Part shown: positions 7,083-17,615 of the stretch, one piece after another
Layout: every line of letters starts with the position of its first letter
Numbering within the stretch: the first letter of the stretch is position 1
Source of the DNA: Gemmatimonadota bacterium
GTDB lineage: Bacteria > Gemmatimonadota > Gemmatimonadetes > Gemmatimonadales > GWC2-71-9
DNA: 35,884 bases
Assembly (NCBI GenBank): GCA_039588295.1
Contig: JBDHAB010000032.1
Coordinates: forward strand, 1 to 35,884
Direction: 5' to 3'
The notes under the pieces: generated by a model
Database searches by the model: none
What the model saw: the letters and a program-made list of their open reading frames with translations, nothing else
What the model was told of the DNA's origin: nothing
Position numbers and translations under genes: made by a program

Positions 7083-8576
7083 GTGAACTCATCTATCAAA
7101 GTCGTTCCGTTGGAACGCGTTTCGTCTCCCCTCCTTGCCGTCGCAGTCGGGGACATCACCAATGGCAAGGTCCCGACCTCTCTCCTCGGCCTCGACGCCA
7201 ACACCAACCACGCGCTCTCACGGGTCATCGCCAGCCGGGACTTCGATGGCAAACGTGATCAGGTGGCCGTCGTGTATCCGGTGAAGCGACCAGAGCGTGT
7301 GGTGCTCGTCGGCATGGGGCCTCACGGCGAGATCACCCGCGGCGCCGTGCGACGAGCCGCGGCCGTCGCGGCACGGCGGGCGCTGGACCTGGGTGTCAAC
7401 GCCATGAGTTTCTATGTGGCGCCCGAAACGCGTGGCGGCGTTGCGCCACAGACGCTTGGACAGGTGATGGTCGAAGGGATCGCCCAGGGAGGATGGCGGT
7501 TCGCCGACCTGCAGGCTACGGAGAAGAAGGTCAAGTTGGCGACACTGGAGCTCATCGCGTCGCGCGAGGAACGGGCTGACATGGAGCGCGGTCGTCGCCT
7601 CGGCAAGGCGATCGCTTCGGGCCATGCGCTCGCCCGGAACCTCCAGGCGCTGCCCGGCAACGTGTGCACGCCAACCTACCTCTCCGGTATCGCGCGCCGA
7701 TTGGCCAAGGCGTACGGGTTCAAGGTCACGGTGCTGGGACGGGCGCACATCGCCAAGGCGGAAATGGGCGGGCTGCTTGCCGTAGCCCAGGGATCCCAGC
7801 AGGAGCCGCAGTTCATCACGCTCGAGTACCGGGGTGCCGGCGCCCGCGCCCACCCGGTCTGTTTCGTGGGGAAAGGCATCACGTTCGACTCGGGCGGGAT
7901 CTCGATCAAGCCGGCCGAGAAGATGGAAGAGATGAAGTACGACATGTCCGGGGCGGCTGCGGTGCTCGGCCTGTTCGAGACCCTCGGTCACGTCAAGCCG
8001 AAGATGAATGTGGTCGGACTGATTCCGAGCTCGGAGAATCTTCCGTCGGGGACGGCGGTCAAGCCGGGCGACATCGTTCGCAGCCAACTCGGCAAGACCA
8101 TCGAGATCGTGAACACCGACGCGGAAGGTCGGTTGATTCTGAGCGACGCGCTGGGCTACGCCCGCCGGTTCAAGCCCGCCTGCGTGATCAATGCGGCGAC
8201 GCTCACCGGTTCGGTCGTCATTGCGTTGGGCCATCATGCCACCGGCCTCATGGGCAACGACGACCAATTGGTGGAGGAAGTCCGCCAGGCCGGGGACCGC
8301 GCGGGGGAACGGTGCTGGCCGCTACCGCTGTGGGAGGAGTACCGCGAACAGCTCAAATCGGACGTCGCCGACGTCAAGAACATCGGGGGCCGGCCCGCAG
8401 GAAGCATCACGGCTGGGTGGTTCTTGCGGGAGTTCGTCGATGGCTTCCCGTGGGCGCACCTGGACATCGCCGGCACGGCGTGGACCGATGCCGATCGTCC
8501 CGACATGGCCAAGGGCCCGACGGGGACGGGTGTGCGTCTATTCACGGAGTTTGTACTGGGGCGCGCGGGGGGGTGA
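7083..8576 (+). CDS. pepA: leucyl aminopeptidase (M17)
   Basis: VGKGITFDSGG, MKYDMSG, NTDAEGRL and WAHLDIAG motifs. Confidence 0.96.
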   Translation: MNSSIKVVPLERVSSPLLAVAVGDITNGKVPTSLLGLDANTNHALSRVIASRDFDGKRDQVAVVYPVKRPERVVLVGMGPHGEITRGAVRRAAAVAARRALDLGVNAMSFYVAPETRGGVAPQTLGQVMVEGIAQGGWRFADLQATEKKVKLATLELIASREERADMERGRRLGKAIASGHALARNLQALPGNVCTPTYLSGIARRLAKAYGFKVTVLGRAHIAKAEMGGLLAVAQGSQQEPQFITLEYRGAGARAHPVCFVGKGITFDSGGISIKPAEKMEEMKYDMSGAAAVLGLFETLGHVKPKMNVVGLIPSSENLPSGTAVKPGDIVRSQLGKTIEIVNTDAEGRLILSDALGYARRFKPACVINAATLTGSVVIALGHHATGLMGNDDQLVEEVRQAGDRAGERCWPLPLWEEYREQLKSDVADVKNIGGRPAGSITAGWFLREFVDGFPWAHLDIAGTAWTDADRPDMAKGPTGTGVRLFTEFVLGRAGG

Positions 8577-10342
8577 TCTCAGTTCGGCGCATCCGTCTGT
8601 TCGCCGCCTTGTTCGCCACCGCCAGTCTAGTCCCCGCCCTCCGGTGCGAGGCGCAGGAAGACACTACCCAAGCCAGCCTTGACACGGTCCCTGCACGACC
8701 CGTGCTGCTGCCGCTCGAGCAGGCGGCCGTGCCGCTCGGCCCGCTCGTTCCCGGCACTCGCTACGCGTTCACGCGAGACTCGCTCCTGTGGTCGAGCAGC
8801 ATCACGCTGGCGGACATCCTGGCCAGGATACCCGGGGTCTACGTCGCGCGCGCCGGGTTCGTAGGCCAACCGAGCTACGTGCAGTTTGCGGGGCGGGGGG
8901 GAGCCGCCCTGGAAGTCTTCTGGGACGGGATGCCGTGGGAAGCGCTCGGCGGCGATACGGCGTTCGTGGACCTCGGGCAGTTCCCCCTCGCGTATCTCCG
9001 AAGAGTGGAGGTGGAGGTGCTGCCGGCCAGACTCCGGGTCTACCTAGTGTCCGAGCGGCACGAGGGCACCGATGTGCGGTCGAAGGTCGATATCGCATCA
9101 GGGAGCTTCAAGACCGCACAGTACACCGCACTGTTCCAAAAGCGGTTGCAGAGCGGGCTCGCACTCGACCTCGCGGGCCACTTCAAAGGCACGGACGGTC
9201 CGAACCAGCAAGCTTCGAGCGACGCCTTCGACATCTGGGCAAAGCTCGGCTGGACTCCAAACGATCGCATCGGGGCCAGCTATCAGTTGCGGCGTCAAGA
9301 GCTCAACCGTGTCGCACTTGCCGGCACCACCGGAGGCGGAGTGCCGGCTCGGGAGGGGACCCGGACCGATTTCCTCCTCAAGATGTTCGCCGCGACAAGG
9401 GGGGACGGGCTTGGGCTTCGTGCCGAGGCCGGGATCGCCTCCAGCTCGTGGACGGGAGACTCGGGATCGGCGCTGGAAGATCAGCACCTGCGCCAGGCAC
9501 ATCTGGTGCTTCAGTACCGGAGTCCACGCTGGGGAGCCGAGCTGTGGGGGCGGGCCGCTGACGCGAGGACGCGGCTTGCGGCGCGGGCCCGCGCCGGCTG
9601 GGTGCCGATTCGTGGTCTCGTTCTCAGCGGAGAGGCGGGATGGCAGCAACACTCGCTCGATCGGGAATCGAAGTGGGTCCGCGGGTCGGCCGGTGTGTAT
9701 CTCGGTCCGATCTCCGTGTCGGGGGAACTCGCCCTCACCGACGCGTTGCAGGCCCCGGCCATCACAGCGGACACCGCCGTCGTCACCAACGATCGCGCCG
9801 CGTGGGTCGGGCTCAAGCTCAAGCCGTTCGGTGGTCAAGTCGGCATCGTACGTCGGGACGCGTACGCCCCGCTGCCGTATCTGGAGCTCCCCGCCATCCC
9901 CGCCTTAGCGCCATCTCAACTGGCGACCTACCTGGTGAGCGAGGCGTATCTGCGCCCCGTCTCCGCACTCACCGTGTCAGGGTGGTACTCCGATCCGGTG
10001 TCCGGGGCAGGCGCAGACCTGCAACCGCCCAAGCACGTCCGGGTCGCGTTGACACTTCGCTCGAAATTCTGGCGCACGTTTCGCAGCGGCATCTTCGACT
10101 TCAAGCTCCAGGCGGCAACGGAGTCGTGGAGCGGCTCAACGGCCGGACTCGCAAGCGACGGGACACCGATTACTCTCCCCGGCGCCACCTTCTGGGAATT
10201 CCACGTGGAGATTCAACTGGGGAGCTTCACGGCGTTTTGGAGTCTCAGGAACGCTCGGCTCTCGGACGCGCAATTCGTCCCGGGTTTGGATTACCCGGGC
10301 AGCTCACAGCTCTTCGGCGCCTCGTGGGTGTTCAGCAACTGA
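8573..10342 (+). CDS. outer-membrane protein with TonB-dependent-receptor plug-like domain
   Basis: GTG overlapping the pepA stop, signal peptide ending CEA|Q, plug-like LADILARIPGV...VFWDGMP...LRRVEV, amphipathic beta strands, C-terminal FGASWVFSN. Confidence 0.8.
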   Translation: MISVRRIRLFAALFATASLVPALRCEAQEDTTQASLDTVPARPVLLPLEQAAVPLGPLVPGTRYAFTRDSLLWSSSITLADILARIPGVYVARAGFVGQPSYVQFAGRGGAALEVFWDGMPWEALGGDTAFVDLGQFPLAYLRRVEVEVLPARLRVYLVSERHEGTDVRSKVDIASGSFKTAQYTALFQKRLQSGLALDLAGHFKGTDGPNQQASSDAFDIWAKLGWTPNDRIGASYQLRRQELNRVALAGTTGGGVPAREGTRTDFLLKMFAATRGDGLGLRAEAGIASSSWTGDSGSALEDQHLRQAHLVLQYRSPRWGAELWGRAADARTRLAARARAGWVPIRGLVLSGEAGWQQHSLDRESKWVRGSAGVYLGPISVSGELALTDALQAPAITADTAVVTNDRAAWVGLKLKPFGGQVGIVRRDAYAPLPYLELPAIPALAPSQLATYLVSEAYLRPVSALTVSGWYSDPVSGAGADLQPPKHVRVALTLRSKFWRTFRSGIFDFKLQAATESWSGSTAGLASDGTPITLPGATFWEFHVEIQLGSFTAFWSLRNARLSDAQFVPGLDYPGSSQLFGASWVFSN

Positions 10343-10417
10343 TGCATGTGCGGCGATTGCGAATCCCTCGCGTCGTACTAGACTGTCAGAGCAACGACCG
10401 GTGAGAAGGACAGTGCT

Positions 10418-11293
10418 GTGCCACGATCTATGACGGGGTTCGGAACAGCCGATGGACCGCTCGGCGGGGGCCGCTTGGCCGTCGAAGTCCGGACCGTGAA
10501 CCATCGACACTTCAGTACGCAATTCCGGCTCCCGTCGGAGCTGCAGCAGTTCGAGGGCGACATTCGCCAACGCCTGCGGGAGCGGATTGAGCGCGGGCAT
10601 GCGGCGCTGACCGCCAGGTGGACCGACCAGCCATTGCGCGGGACATCGCTGCAGATCAACCTGGAGCGTGCCCAGGAGGTGTCGCGCGCCCTGACCGAGC
10701 TCAAGGGCGCGCTCGACCTGCCCGGCGAGGTCGACCTTGGGTTTGTCGCTCGGCAGCCCGACGTGCTGCACTACGCCGACAGCGAACAGCCAGGCCTCGA
10801 TGTCGAGGAGTTCCTTCGCCTGATCGATCGGGCCGTGGATACCGTCGTTGCGATGCGCGAGCGAGAGGGAGCGGCGCTGGGCGAGGACCTCACGGCGCGG
10901 CTCGCGGCGATCGACGCACTGCTCAACGAGGTGGGCGAACGGGCACCGCAGCGTCTGACGGGCGAACGCGACCGGCTGCAGCGGGCCGTGGCGGAACTCC
11001 TCAACGGGCGCCCGCTCGACGAGAGTCGACTCAGCCAGGAGATCGCCCTGCTCGCGGACAAGCTCGACATCACGGAGGAAATGGTACGGCTGCGGACCCA
11101 CGTGGGGGCCTTCCGGGAGGCGCTCGGATCGGAGGGCGGGGTTGGTCGGCAGCTCAGCTTTCTCGGGCAGGAGATCCTGCGTGAAGTGAACACGATCGGC
11201 TCCAAGGCAAACGACGCCGCGATCGCGCAGCATGTGATCAAGATGAAGGGAGAGGTCGAGAAGATCCGCGAGCAGGTGGAGAATATCGAGTGA
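10418..11293 (+). CDS. yicC: YicC/YloC family endoribonuclease
   Basis: RSMTGFG, VNHR, DITEE..RL, GRQLSFLGQEILREVNTIGSK, REQVENIE. Confidence 0.95.
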   Translation: MPRSMTGFGTADGPLGGGRLAVEVRTVNHRHFSTQFRLPSELQQFEGDIRQRLRERIERGHAALTARWTDQPLRGTSLQINLERAQEVSRALTELKGALDLPGEVDLGFVARQPDVLHYADSEQPGLDVEEFLRLIDRAVDTVVAMREREGAALGEDLTARLAAIDALLNEVGERAPQRLTGERDRLQRAVAELLNGRPLDESRLSQEIALLADKLDITEEMVRLRTHVGAFREALGSEGGVGRQLSFLGQEILREVNTIGSKANDAAIAQHVIKMKGEVEKIREQVENIE

Positions 11294-11931
11294 ATCCGTT
11301 ACTGGTGGTTCTCTGCTCGCCGTCGGGCGGTGGAAAGACCACGATAGCGCGGGAACTGCTCGCGCGCCGCCAGGACGTCGGGTTCAGCGTCTCGGCGACC
11401 ACCCGTCCCCCACGCGAAAACGAGCGGCAGGGTGTAGATTATCACTTCCTCACGCGGGAGGAATTCCTCCGGCGGCGGGACCGCGGTGAGTTCCTCGAGT
11501 GGGCCGAGTATCTGGGACACCTCTACGGAACACTGCAGTCGGAAGTGGACCGGTTGTTGGCCGGTGGGCGGCACGTGATCCTGGACATCGAGATCGAGGG
11601 GGCCGGGCAGGTGAGGGCCCGCCGGGGCGATGTCGTAGCTATCTTTGTGCTCCCCCCGTCGGTCGGCGAGCTGGTGGATCGGCTGCAGGGTCGGGCATCG
11701 GAGAGACCGCGGGAGCTGGCACAGCGGCTCGCACGCGCCGCCCGGGAGGTACAGGAGGCGGAGCGTTTCGACTACGTCGTGCTCAACGACGATCGTGAGC
11801 AGGCGGTGGCGAGCGTGAGCGGGATCATCGACGCGGCGGCGCATCGTGCGGTGCACCAGCCGCAACTGGCAGAGACGATGGAACGGCTGCGCCGAGCGCT
11901 GGACGCAAAGGCTCAGCAATTGGCGCCCTAA
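11290..11931 (+). CDS. gmk: guanylate kinase
   Basis: SPSGGGKTT, SVSATTRPPR, GVDYHF, EWAEYLGHLYGT. Confidence 0.96.
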   Translation: MNPLLVVLCSPSGGGKTTIARELLARRQDVGFSVSATTRPPRENERQGVDYHFLTREEFLRRRDRGEFLEWAEYLGHLYGTLQSEVDRLLAGGRHVILDIEIEGAGQVRARRGDVVAIFVLPPSVGELVDRLQGRASERPRELAQRLARAAREVQEAERFDYVVLNDDREQAVASVSGIIDAAAHRAVHQPQLAETMERLRRALDAKAQQLAP

Positions 11932-11950
11932 CCGGCTGGAAGGAGTTGGC

Positions 11951-12160
11951 ATGCACATCTTCACCCCGACAGACGTCGCTCGACGCGCCGGCACCAAGTA
12001 CTTGGGTGTGTTGGCGGCGGCCAAATTTGCGCGTTTCGTCAACGATTTTCCCAGAGATCGGTCCCTGGAGGAGAAGAAGCTCACGACGCGCGCGTTGGAG
12101 AACCTCGTCGGTGGTGAGCTGACCTTCCGACTGGTGCGGCGGCGTCGGCACGAGACGTGA
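11951..12160 (+). CDS. rpoZ: RNA polymerase omega subunit
   Basis: SD AGGAG; KYLGVLAAAKFAR...KLTTRALE; lies between gmk and coaBC. Confidence 0.85.
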   Translation: MHIFTPTDVARRAGTKYLGVLAAAKFARFVNDFPRDRSLEEKKLTTRALENLVGGELTFRLVRRRRHET

Positions 12161-13350
12161 TCCTCGCGAACCGACGCGTCGTGCTCGGCGTGTCGGGCGG
12201 GATTGCGTGCTACAAGTCGTGCACGCTCGCCCGACGCCTGACCGAACTGGGCGCGACGGTGGATGTCATTCTTACGGCGGCCGCAACGGAGTTCGTGCGG
12301 CCGCTGACGTTTGAGGCACTGACCCAACGGCCGGTCCACACATCCCTCTGGGAACCGGGGACGGCGCTCGCACACCTCGAGCTCGGGCGTGGACCGGACC
12401 TGATCGCGGTCGCTCCCGCCACGGCAAACCTGATCGCACGAGCCGCGCTCGGCATCGCGGACGATCTGCTGTCCGCAATCCTGCTCGCCAGCGAGGTCCC
12501 GGTGCTCGCCGCGCCTGGCATGAACGACGAGATGTTCGCCCACCCGGCGACGCAGGCGAATCTGGCGACATTGAGACAGCGTGGCTGGGGTCTCATCGGA
12601 CCGGCGGTCGGCCCACTAGCCGAAGGACCCAGTGACCGTCCGGGCCGCATGGTGGAGCCCGAGGAGATCCTCGTCCATGTCGAGCGCGCCCTGCGGACGC
12701 CCGAAGGCAAACTCGGCAGCCGCCATGTGCTGATAACAGCCGGCCCCACCCACGAACCGCTCGATGCCGTCCGCGTCATCACCAATCCGTCGAGCGGGAA
12801 GATGGGCTACCACCTTGCTGAGCGCGCGTTCGCGCGCGGGGCTGACGTGACGCTGATCTCGGGTCCGACCTCGCTGCCCCGTCCCACCGGTGTAGAGCGC
12901 GAATGGGTGACCACCACCGAGCAGCTTCGCGAAGCCGTCGGGAGGCGGCTCGGCACAGCGGATGTCCTCATTATGGCGGCGGCACCCTCGGACTTTCGAG
13001 CCCGTGAGGTGGCGTCCGGAAAGCCACAACGGGCAACGGCCGGCCACAGCGTCCACTTGGACCCTACCGTCGATGTATTGGAGGCTACGATTCCGCACCG
13101 GCGCCCGGGAACGGTGACCGTGGGGTTCGCGCTCGAGGTGGGAGCCAACCTGGACCGGGCCCGAGAGAAGCTGCGCCGGAAGCAGCTCGACCTCATCGCG
13201 TTGAATCCGGCCGACGAGCCGGAGAGCGGGTTCGCAGTGGACACCAATCGTGTCACGTTCGTGACAGACACGGAGGTGCGGCCACTCGAGCTGCTGCCGA
13301 AACCGGAGGTGGCGGAGCGGATCCTCGACGAGATCGAAGGTCGGCTATGA
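12157..13350 (+). CDS. coaBC: phosphopantothenoylcysteine decarboxylase/synthetase
   Basis: GVSGGIACYK, APATAN, PGMN, ITAGPTHEPLDAVR, NPSSGKMG, VGFALE. Confidence 0.96.
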   Translation: MILANRRVVLGVSGGIACYKSCTLARRLTELGATVDVILTAAATEFVRPLTFEALTQRPVHTSLWEPGTALAHLELGRGPDLIAVAPATANLIARAALGIADDLLSAILLASEVPVLAAPGMNDEMFAHPATQANLATLRQRGWGLIGPAVGPLAEGPSDRPGRMVEPEEILVHVERALRTPEGKLGSRHVLITAGPTHEPLDAVRVITNPSSGKMGYHLAERAFARGADVTLISGPTSLPRPTGVEREWVTTTEQLREAVGRRLGTADVLIMAAAPSDFRAREVASGKPQRATAGHSVHLDPTVDVLEATIPHRRPGTVTVGFALEVGANLDRAREKLRRKQLDLIALNPADEPESGFAVDTNRVTFVTDTEVRPLELLPKPEVAERILDEIEGRL

Positions 13351-14216
13351 GTACACCCCGACATCTGTTCACCCGCTACCTCGAGCAGCGGCGCGAGCTG
13401 GCGGAGACCCCACTGATCCTCGACGCGGGGCTCGCTGGAGCTCAGCGGAAACCTGAGGACCCCGCAGCGTCCAGCGAGGCAGGTCCCGACCAACCGATGA
13501 CCACGGGGCCGCGGAAACCGCCGGCCGAGCCGCCGCGAACCGGACGCCAGGCGAGGGGGAGGCGCAAGCCACAGGTGGGAAGGTGGAAGCAGGACGCGCC
13601 AGAGATCCCCGGTCGTGGCATCGTGGTGGCGGCACCCGGCAGCGACCTCTTCAGCCACGACCCGCTGGCGTCGCTCGATCTGGCTGGTCTGGTCGAGCGG
13701 ATTCGCGGCTGTACCGCGTGCCCGCTGTGTGAGGCACGGAGCAACGCAGTGCCGGGTGAGGGCCCGGCTGACGCGCGGCTCGTGGTGGTTGGAGAGGGGC
13801 CGGGCGCGACCGAGGACGAGACAGGACGGCCCTTTGTCGGCCGTGCCGGTGAGCTTCTCACCGAGATCCTCGCCGCCGTCGACTTGCCGCGCGAGCAGGT
13901 GTACATCTGCAACGTCGTCAAGTGTCGCCCGCCCGCCAATCGAAAGCCCGTGCCGTCGGAGATCGAAACCTGTGTGCCGTATCTCTACCGCCAGCTTGAA
14001 ATCATTGGGCCAAGGGTCATACTAGCTATGGGTGGCACGGCAGCGGAAACGCTGCTCGGAACGCGGCAGGCACTGGGGGCACTGCGCGGGCGCGTACACG
14101 AGTTCCGTGGCATTCCGCTCGTCGTGACGTACCATCCGGCGGCGTTGCTGAGAAACCCTCACTGGAAGAAGCCTACGTGGGATGACGTCCGTATCGCACG
14201 CCAGCTCGCCGACTAG
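13347..14216 (+). CDS. udg: uracil-DNA glycosylase, family 4 (Fe-S)
   Basis: CTACPLC, GEGPG, GRPFVG, NVVKCRPP, TYHPAALLR; low-complexity N-terminal extension. Confidence 0.93.
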   Translation: MSTPRHLFTRYLEQRRELAETPLILDAGLAGAQRKPEDPAASSEAGPDQPMTTGPRKPPAEPPRTGRQARGRRKPQVGRWKQDAPEIPGRGIVVAAPGSDLFSHDPLASLDLAGLVERIRGCTACPLCEARSNAVPGEGPADARLVVVGEGPGATEDETGRPFVGRAGELLTEILAAVDLPREQVYICNVVKCRPPANRKPVPSEIETCVPYLYRQLEIIGPRVILAMGGTAAETLLGTRQALGALRGRVHEFRGIPLVVTYHPAALLRNPHWKKPTWDDVRIARQLAD

Positions 14217-15591
14217 CGGCGCCGACGGTCGCGCGGCGCGGCAGACGCCGTGGAACGAGGAGGCCGAACAAGCCGTTCTCGGCGCGATGCTGTTGGATCA
14301 GGACGCCGCGTTGAAAGGCGCGCAGCTGTTGAGCGATACGGCGTTCTACCGCGATGCGCACCGCCGAATCTTCCGCGCCATGCTCCTGCTGCTCGAGAAA
14401 GGGGACGTCATCGACCCGCTGGTCCTGCGTGATCAGCTGCACCGGAACGGCGACCTCGACGCTGCCGGAGGGGTCGAGTACATCGCGGAACTCCTGGATG
14501 TCGTGCCGACGACGGCGAATGTGGAGTATCACTGCCGGATCGTGAAAGACCGGGCGCTGCGCCGCCGGCTCATCGATGCGGGTACGGCGATCGTGCAGGG
14601 TGCCTACGAGGGTCCGGAAGGGATCGACGCGCTGCTCGACGCAGCGGAACACCGCATTTTCGAAATCTCCTTCCAGCGATCCACACAAGAGTTTGTGCGC
14701 CTCAAGTCACTCGTGTGGGACACGATGGAGCGCATCGAAGCGCGCCACCATGGCGACGAAGCGGTACACGGTGTGTTGAGCGGTTTCCGAGATTTGGATC
14801 GTTTGACCAATGGATTCCAATCCAGCGATCTCATCATCGTGGCTGCTCGTCCATCCATGGGGAAGTCGGCGTTCTGCTTGAACATGGCAACGCACGCGGC
14901 GATCGAAGGCAAGGTCCCGGTCGCGCTGTTCTCGCTCGAGATGGCGAGGGATCAGCTCGTGGAGCGCATGCTCGCGTCCGAAAGCCTCGTGGACTTGCAT
15001 CGCTTTCGGCAGGGCAACCTGCGCGAGGAGGATTTCTCAAAGGTGTCGTACGCGGTCGGGATTCTGGGGCAGGCACCGATCTGGATCGACGACACACCGG
15101 CCCTCAATCTCCTCGAGCTGCGCTCGAAGGCTCGACGGCTCAAAGCGGAACACGACATCGGCCTGTTCGTCGTCGACTATCTCCAGTTGATCAACGCGCC
15201 GCGAGAGTCGGAGAACCGGCAGGCGGAAATCAGCTTCATCTCCCGATCGCTCAAGGCGCTCGCGCGTGAGTTACGCACGCCGGTGATTGCGCTCTCGCAG
15301 CTGTCCCGGGCGCCCGAGCAGCGCGGAGGGGATCGCCGGCCGATGCTGTCCGACCTGCGGGACTCCGGAGCCATCGAGCAGGATGCCGACTTGGTGGTGT
15401 TCATCTATCGCGCGGAGATGTACAAGTCCGTCCTCGAACGCGACTCAACCGCGAGAGAAGGCACCGCCGAGATCATTCTCGCAAAACACCGCAACGGACC
15501 CACCGGAACCATCACGCTCGCGTTCAGGAAGGATTGCACTCGGTTCGCCGACTTCACCGAGCGGGAAACCGAGAGCTTCGATGGCACCTAA
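14182..15591 (+). CDS. dnaB: replicative DNA helicase
   Basis: EAEQAVLG, AARPSMGKS, FSLEM, VDYLQL, LSQLSR, DLRDSGAIEQDAD, KHRNGPTG. Confidence 0.97.
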   Translation: MTSVSHASSPTSGADGRAARQTPWNEEAEQAVLGAMLLDQDAALKGAQLLSDTAFYRDAHRRIFRAMLLLLEKGDVIDPLVLRDQLHRNGDLDAAGGVEYIAELLDVVPTTANVEYHCRIVKDRALRRRLIDAGTAIVQGAYEGPEGIDALLDAAEHRIFEISFQRSTQEFVRLKSLVWDTMERIEARHHGDEAVHGVLSGFRDLDRLTNGFQSSDLIIVAARPSMGKSAFCLNMATHAAIEGKVPVALFSLEMARDQLVERMLASESLVDLHRFRQGNLREEDFSKVSYAVGILGQAPIWIDDTPALNLLELRSKARRLKAEHDIGLFVVDYLQLINAPRESENRQAEISFISRSLKALARELRTPVIALSQLSRAPEQRGGDRRPMLSDLRDSGAIEQDADLVVFIYRAEMYKSVLERDSTAREGTAEIILAKHRNGPTGTITLAFRKDCTRFADFTERETESFDGT

Positions 15592-16936
15592 GGCGCGTTC
15601 GGTCTACCGCTGCACAGACTGTGGGACGGAGCATCCGAAGTGGGGAGGGCAGTGCGACGGATGCGGCGCGTGGAACACGCTCATCGAAGAGGTGGGGGCG
15701 CATCCGACCTCACGCGCGAGGCGATCGGGAGGCGAGTCGGGTCCGCAGCCGGTACGGCTTGGCGAAATCGCCCGCGAGCGGCTCGTGCGCTGGCGCACGG
15801 GGCTCGACGAGTTCGACTATGCGCTCGGGGGCGGGGTGGTCCCGGGCTCGCTCATATTGGTCGGCGGTGAGCCGGGCATCGGCAAATCCACGCTCCTGCT
15901 CCAGTGTGCGGCGCGGCTCGAGCTCGCCGGCATATCCACGCTCTACGTCTCCGGAGAGGAATCGGCCGAGCAGGTTCGGCTCAGGGCCGATCGCCTGCTC
16001 GAGGACGCCGCGTGCGTGCGTCTCCTCCCTGAGGTGCGGGTAGAGGCCATTGCGCAGCGTGCCCGGGAGGTCGACGCACGAGTCGTGTTCGTGGATTCGA
16101 TCCAGACAACGTACACCGACGAGTTGGAAGGCGCCCCGGGAAACGTCGGCCAGGTGCGGGAATGCGCGGCGCGGCTCATGCGCTTTGCCAAGGAGGTCGG
16201 CGCGGCGGTCGTGTTGGTGGGTCACGTCACGCGCGGCGGCGTGATTGCAGGTCCCAAGACGCTCGAGCACATCGTCGATACCGTGTTGTACTTCGAGGGC
16301 GATGCCGGAGGGGACTTCCGGCTGCTACGTGCCGTGAAGAACCGCTTCGGTTCCGTGGACGAGGTCGGCGTGTTCGAGATGACCGCGCAAGGACTGCGGC
16401 CGGTGGCGAACCCATCGACAGCGTTCCTCTCGGGGCGCGACACCGAGGCTACCGGGTCCGCCGTCACGGCGCTCATGGAGGGCACGCGGCCGGTGCTGGT
16501 GGAGATTCAGGCGCTCACGGCGCCGGCGGGGTTCGGGACACCTCAACGAGTCGCGACGGGACTCGAGCACCGGCGTCTCGCTGTGTTGCTTGCCGTGCTG
16601 GAGCGACGCGCCGGGGTCGCGTTTCGTGAGCTGGATGTCTTTGTCAACGTCACCGGAGGGATGCGGCTGGTCGAGCCGGCGTCCGACCTCGCCGTGGCTG
16701 CCGCACTGTGCTCGAGCACCGGAGACCGTCCCCTTCCGGCCGACGCGGTCTTTGTCGGAGAGGTTGGCCTGGGCGGGGAGGTACGACCCAGCGGAGCGTT
16801 AGAGCGTCGCCTAGCCGAGGCGGAGCGCATGGGATTCCGTCGCGCCTTCGTGTCGGGACGGACCACCGCCAGCAACGTTCTCGAGACCATACCCGTTTCC
16901 GATGTCGCCCAACTCCGAGCGCGCATCGCGGCTTGA
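15581..16936 (+). CDS. radA: DNA repair protein RadA/Sms
   Basis: Zn finger CTDCG..WGGQCDGC, GEPGIGKST, KNRFG, Lon-like C-terminus. Confidence 0.96.
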   Translation: MAPKARSVYRCTDCGTEHPKWGGQCDGCGAWNTLIEEVGAHPTSRARRSGGESGPQPVRLGEIARERLVRWRTGLDEFDYALGGGVVPGSLILVGGEPGIGKSTLLLQCAARLELAGISTLYVSGEESAEQVRLRADRLLEDAACVRLLPEVRVEAIAQRAREVDARVVFVDSIQTTYTDELEGAPGNVGQVRECAARLMRFAKEVGAAVVLVGHVTRGGVIAGPKTLEHIVDTVLYFEGDAGGDFRLLRAVKNRFGSVDEVGVFEMTAQGLRPVANPSTAFLSGRDTEATGSAVTALMEGTRPVLVEIQALTAPAGFGTPQRVATGLEHRRLAVLLAVLERRAGVAFRELDVFVNVTGGMRLVEPASDLAVAAALCSSTGDRPLPADAVFVGEVGLGGEVRPSGALERRLAEAERMGFRRAFVSGRTTASNVLETIPVSDVAQLRARIAA

Positions 16937-17615
16937 CGTCGGTGTCCTCATCGCCGCGGCGGGGCGAGGTGCGCGCGCGGGTCCGGGCGTGCCCAAGCAG
17001 TTCCGCGCCGTTGGCGGTGTGCCCATGCTGCTCCGGGCGGTGCGGCCCTTTGCCCAACATACCCGAGTTCGAGAGATCGTCGTCGCGCTGCCCGCGGAGG
17101 CCATCGCCACCCCTCCGGGCTGGTTGGCGGACGTTGCGGGCGGACGTCTGCGCCTGGTACAGGGCGGCGCGACCCGCGCGCAGTCGGTCCGTGCGGCTCT
17201 GGCCGCGTTGGACCGTGCCTGCGAGACCGTGCTCGTGCACGACGCCGCGCGACCATTCGTGTCACCGGAAACCATCGACGCCGTGATCACAACGGCGGGC
17301 ACCGGGGTCGGTGCCTTGCCGGCAGTTGCCGTGGCGGATACGCTCAAGCGCGTCAACGGCAGTACCGGTCGCGTGATCGAGACCGTGGACCGCACAGGGC
17401 TGTGGCGCGCGCAGACTCCGCAGGGATTCCCGCGCAGTATGTTGGTTGCGGCGTTCGATCGCGCCGGGCCGGATGCATGGTCCTCGTACACGGACGAGGC
17501 ATCGCTCGCGGAGGCGGCGGGGTTTCCGGTGAAGGTGGTTCCCGATCGAGTGACGAACATCAAGCTCACGACCGAGGACGAGTTCCTCATCGCCGAACGC
17601 TTCGCGGCACCGTGA
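16902..17615 (+). CDS. ispD: 2-C-methyl-D-erythritol 4-phosphate cytidylyltransferase
   Basis: AAGRGAR, PKQF, GGATRAQSV, VHDAARP, AQTPQGF, NIKLTT. Confidence 0.95.
   Translation: MSPNSERASRLDVGVLIAAAGRGARAGPGVPKQFRAVGGVPMLLRAVRPFAQHTRVREIVVALPAEAIATPPGWLADVAGGRLRLVQGGATRAQSVRAALAALDRACETVLVHDAARPFVSPETIDAVITTAGTGVGALPAVAVADTLKRVNGSTGRVIETVDRTGLWRAQTPQGFPRSMLVAAFDRAGPDAWSSYTDEASLAEAAGFPVKVVPDRVTNIKLTTEDEFLIAERFAAP

Noticed and set aside
7664..8572. N-terminal extension of the 892-aa ORF
   Set aside because: Off-frame overlap with pepA; the signal peptide begins at GTG 8573
10304..12543. Long minus ORFs 10304..11233 and 11299..12543
   Set aside because: Antisense shadows of yicC, gmk and coaBC, expected in high-GC DNA
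14182..15591. Possible intein in DnaB
   Set aside because: 469 aa with contiguous helicase motifs; no insertion
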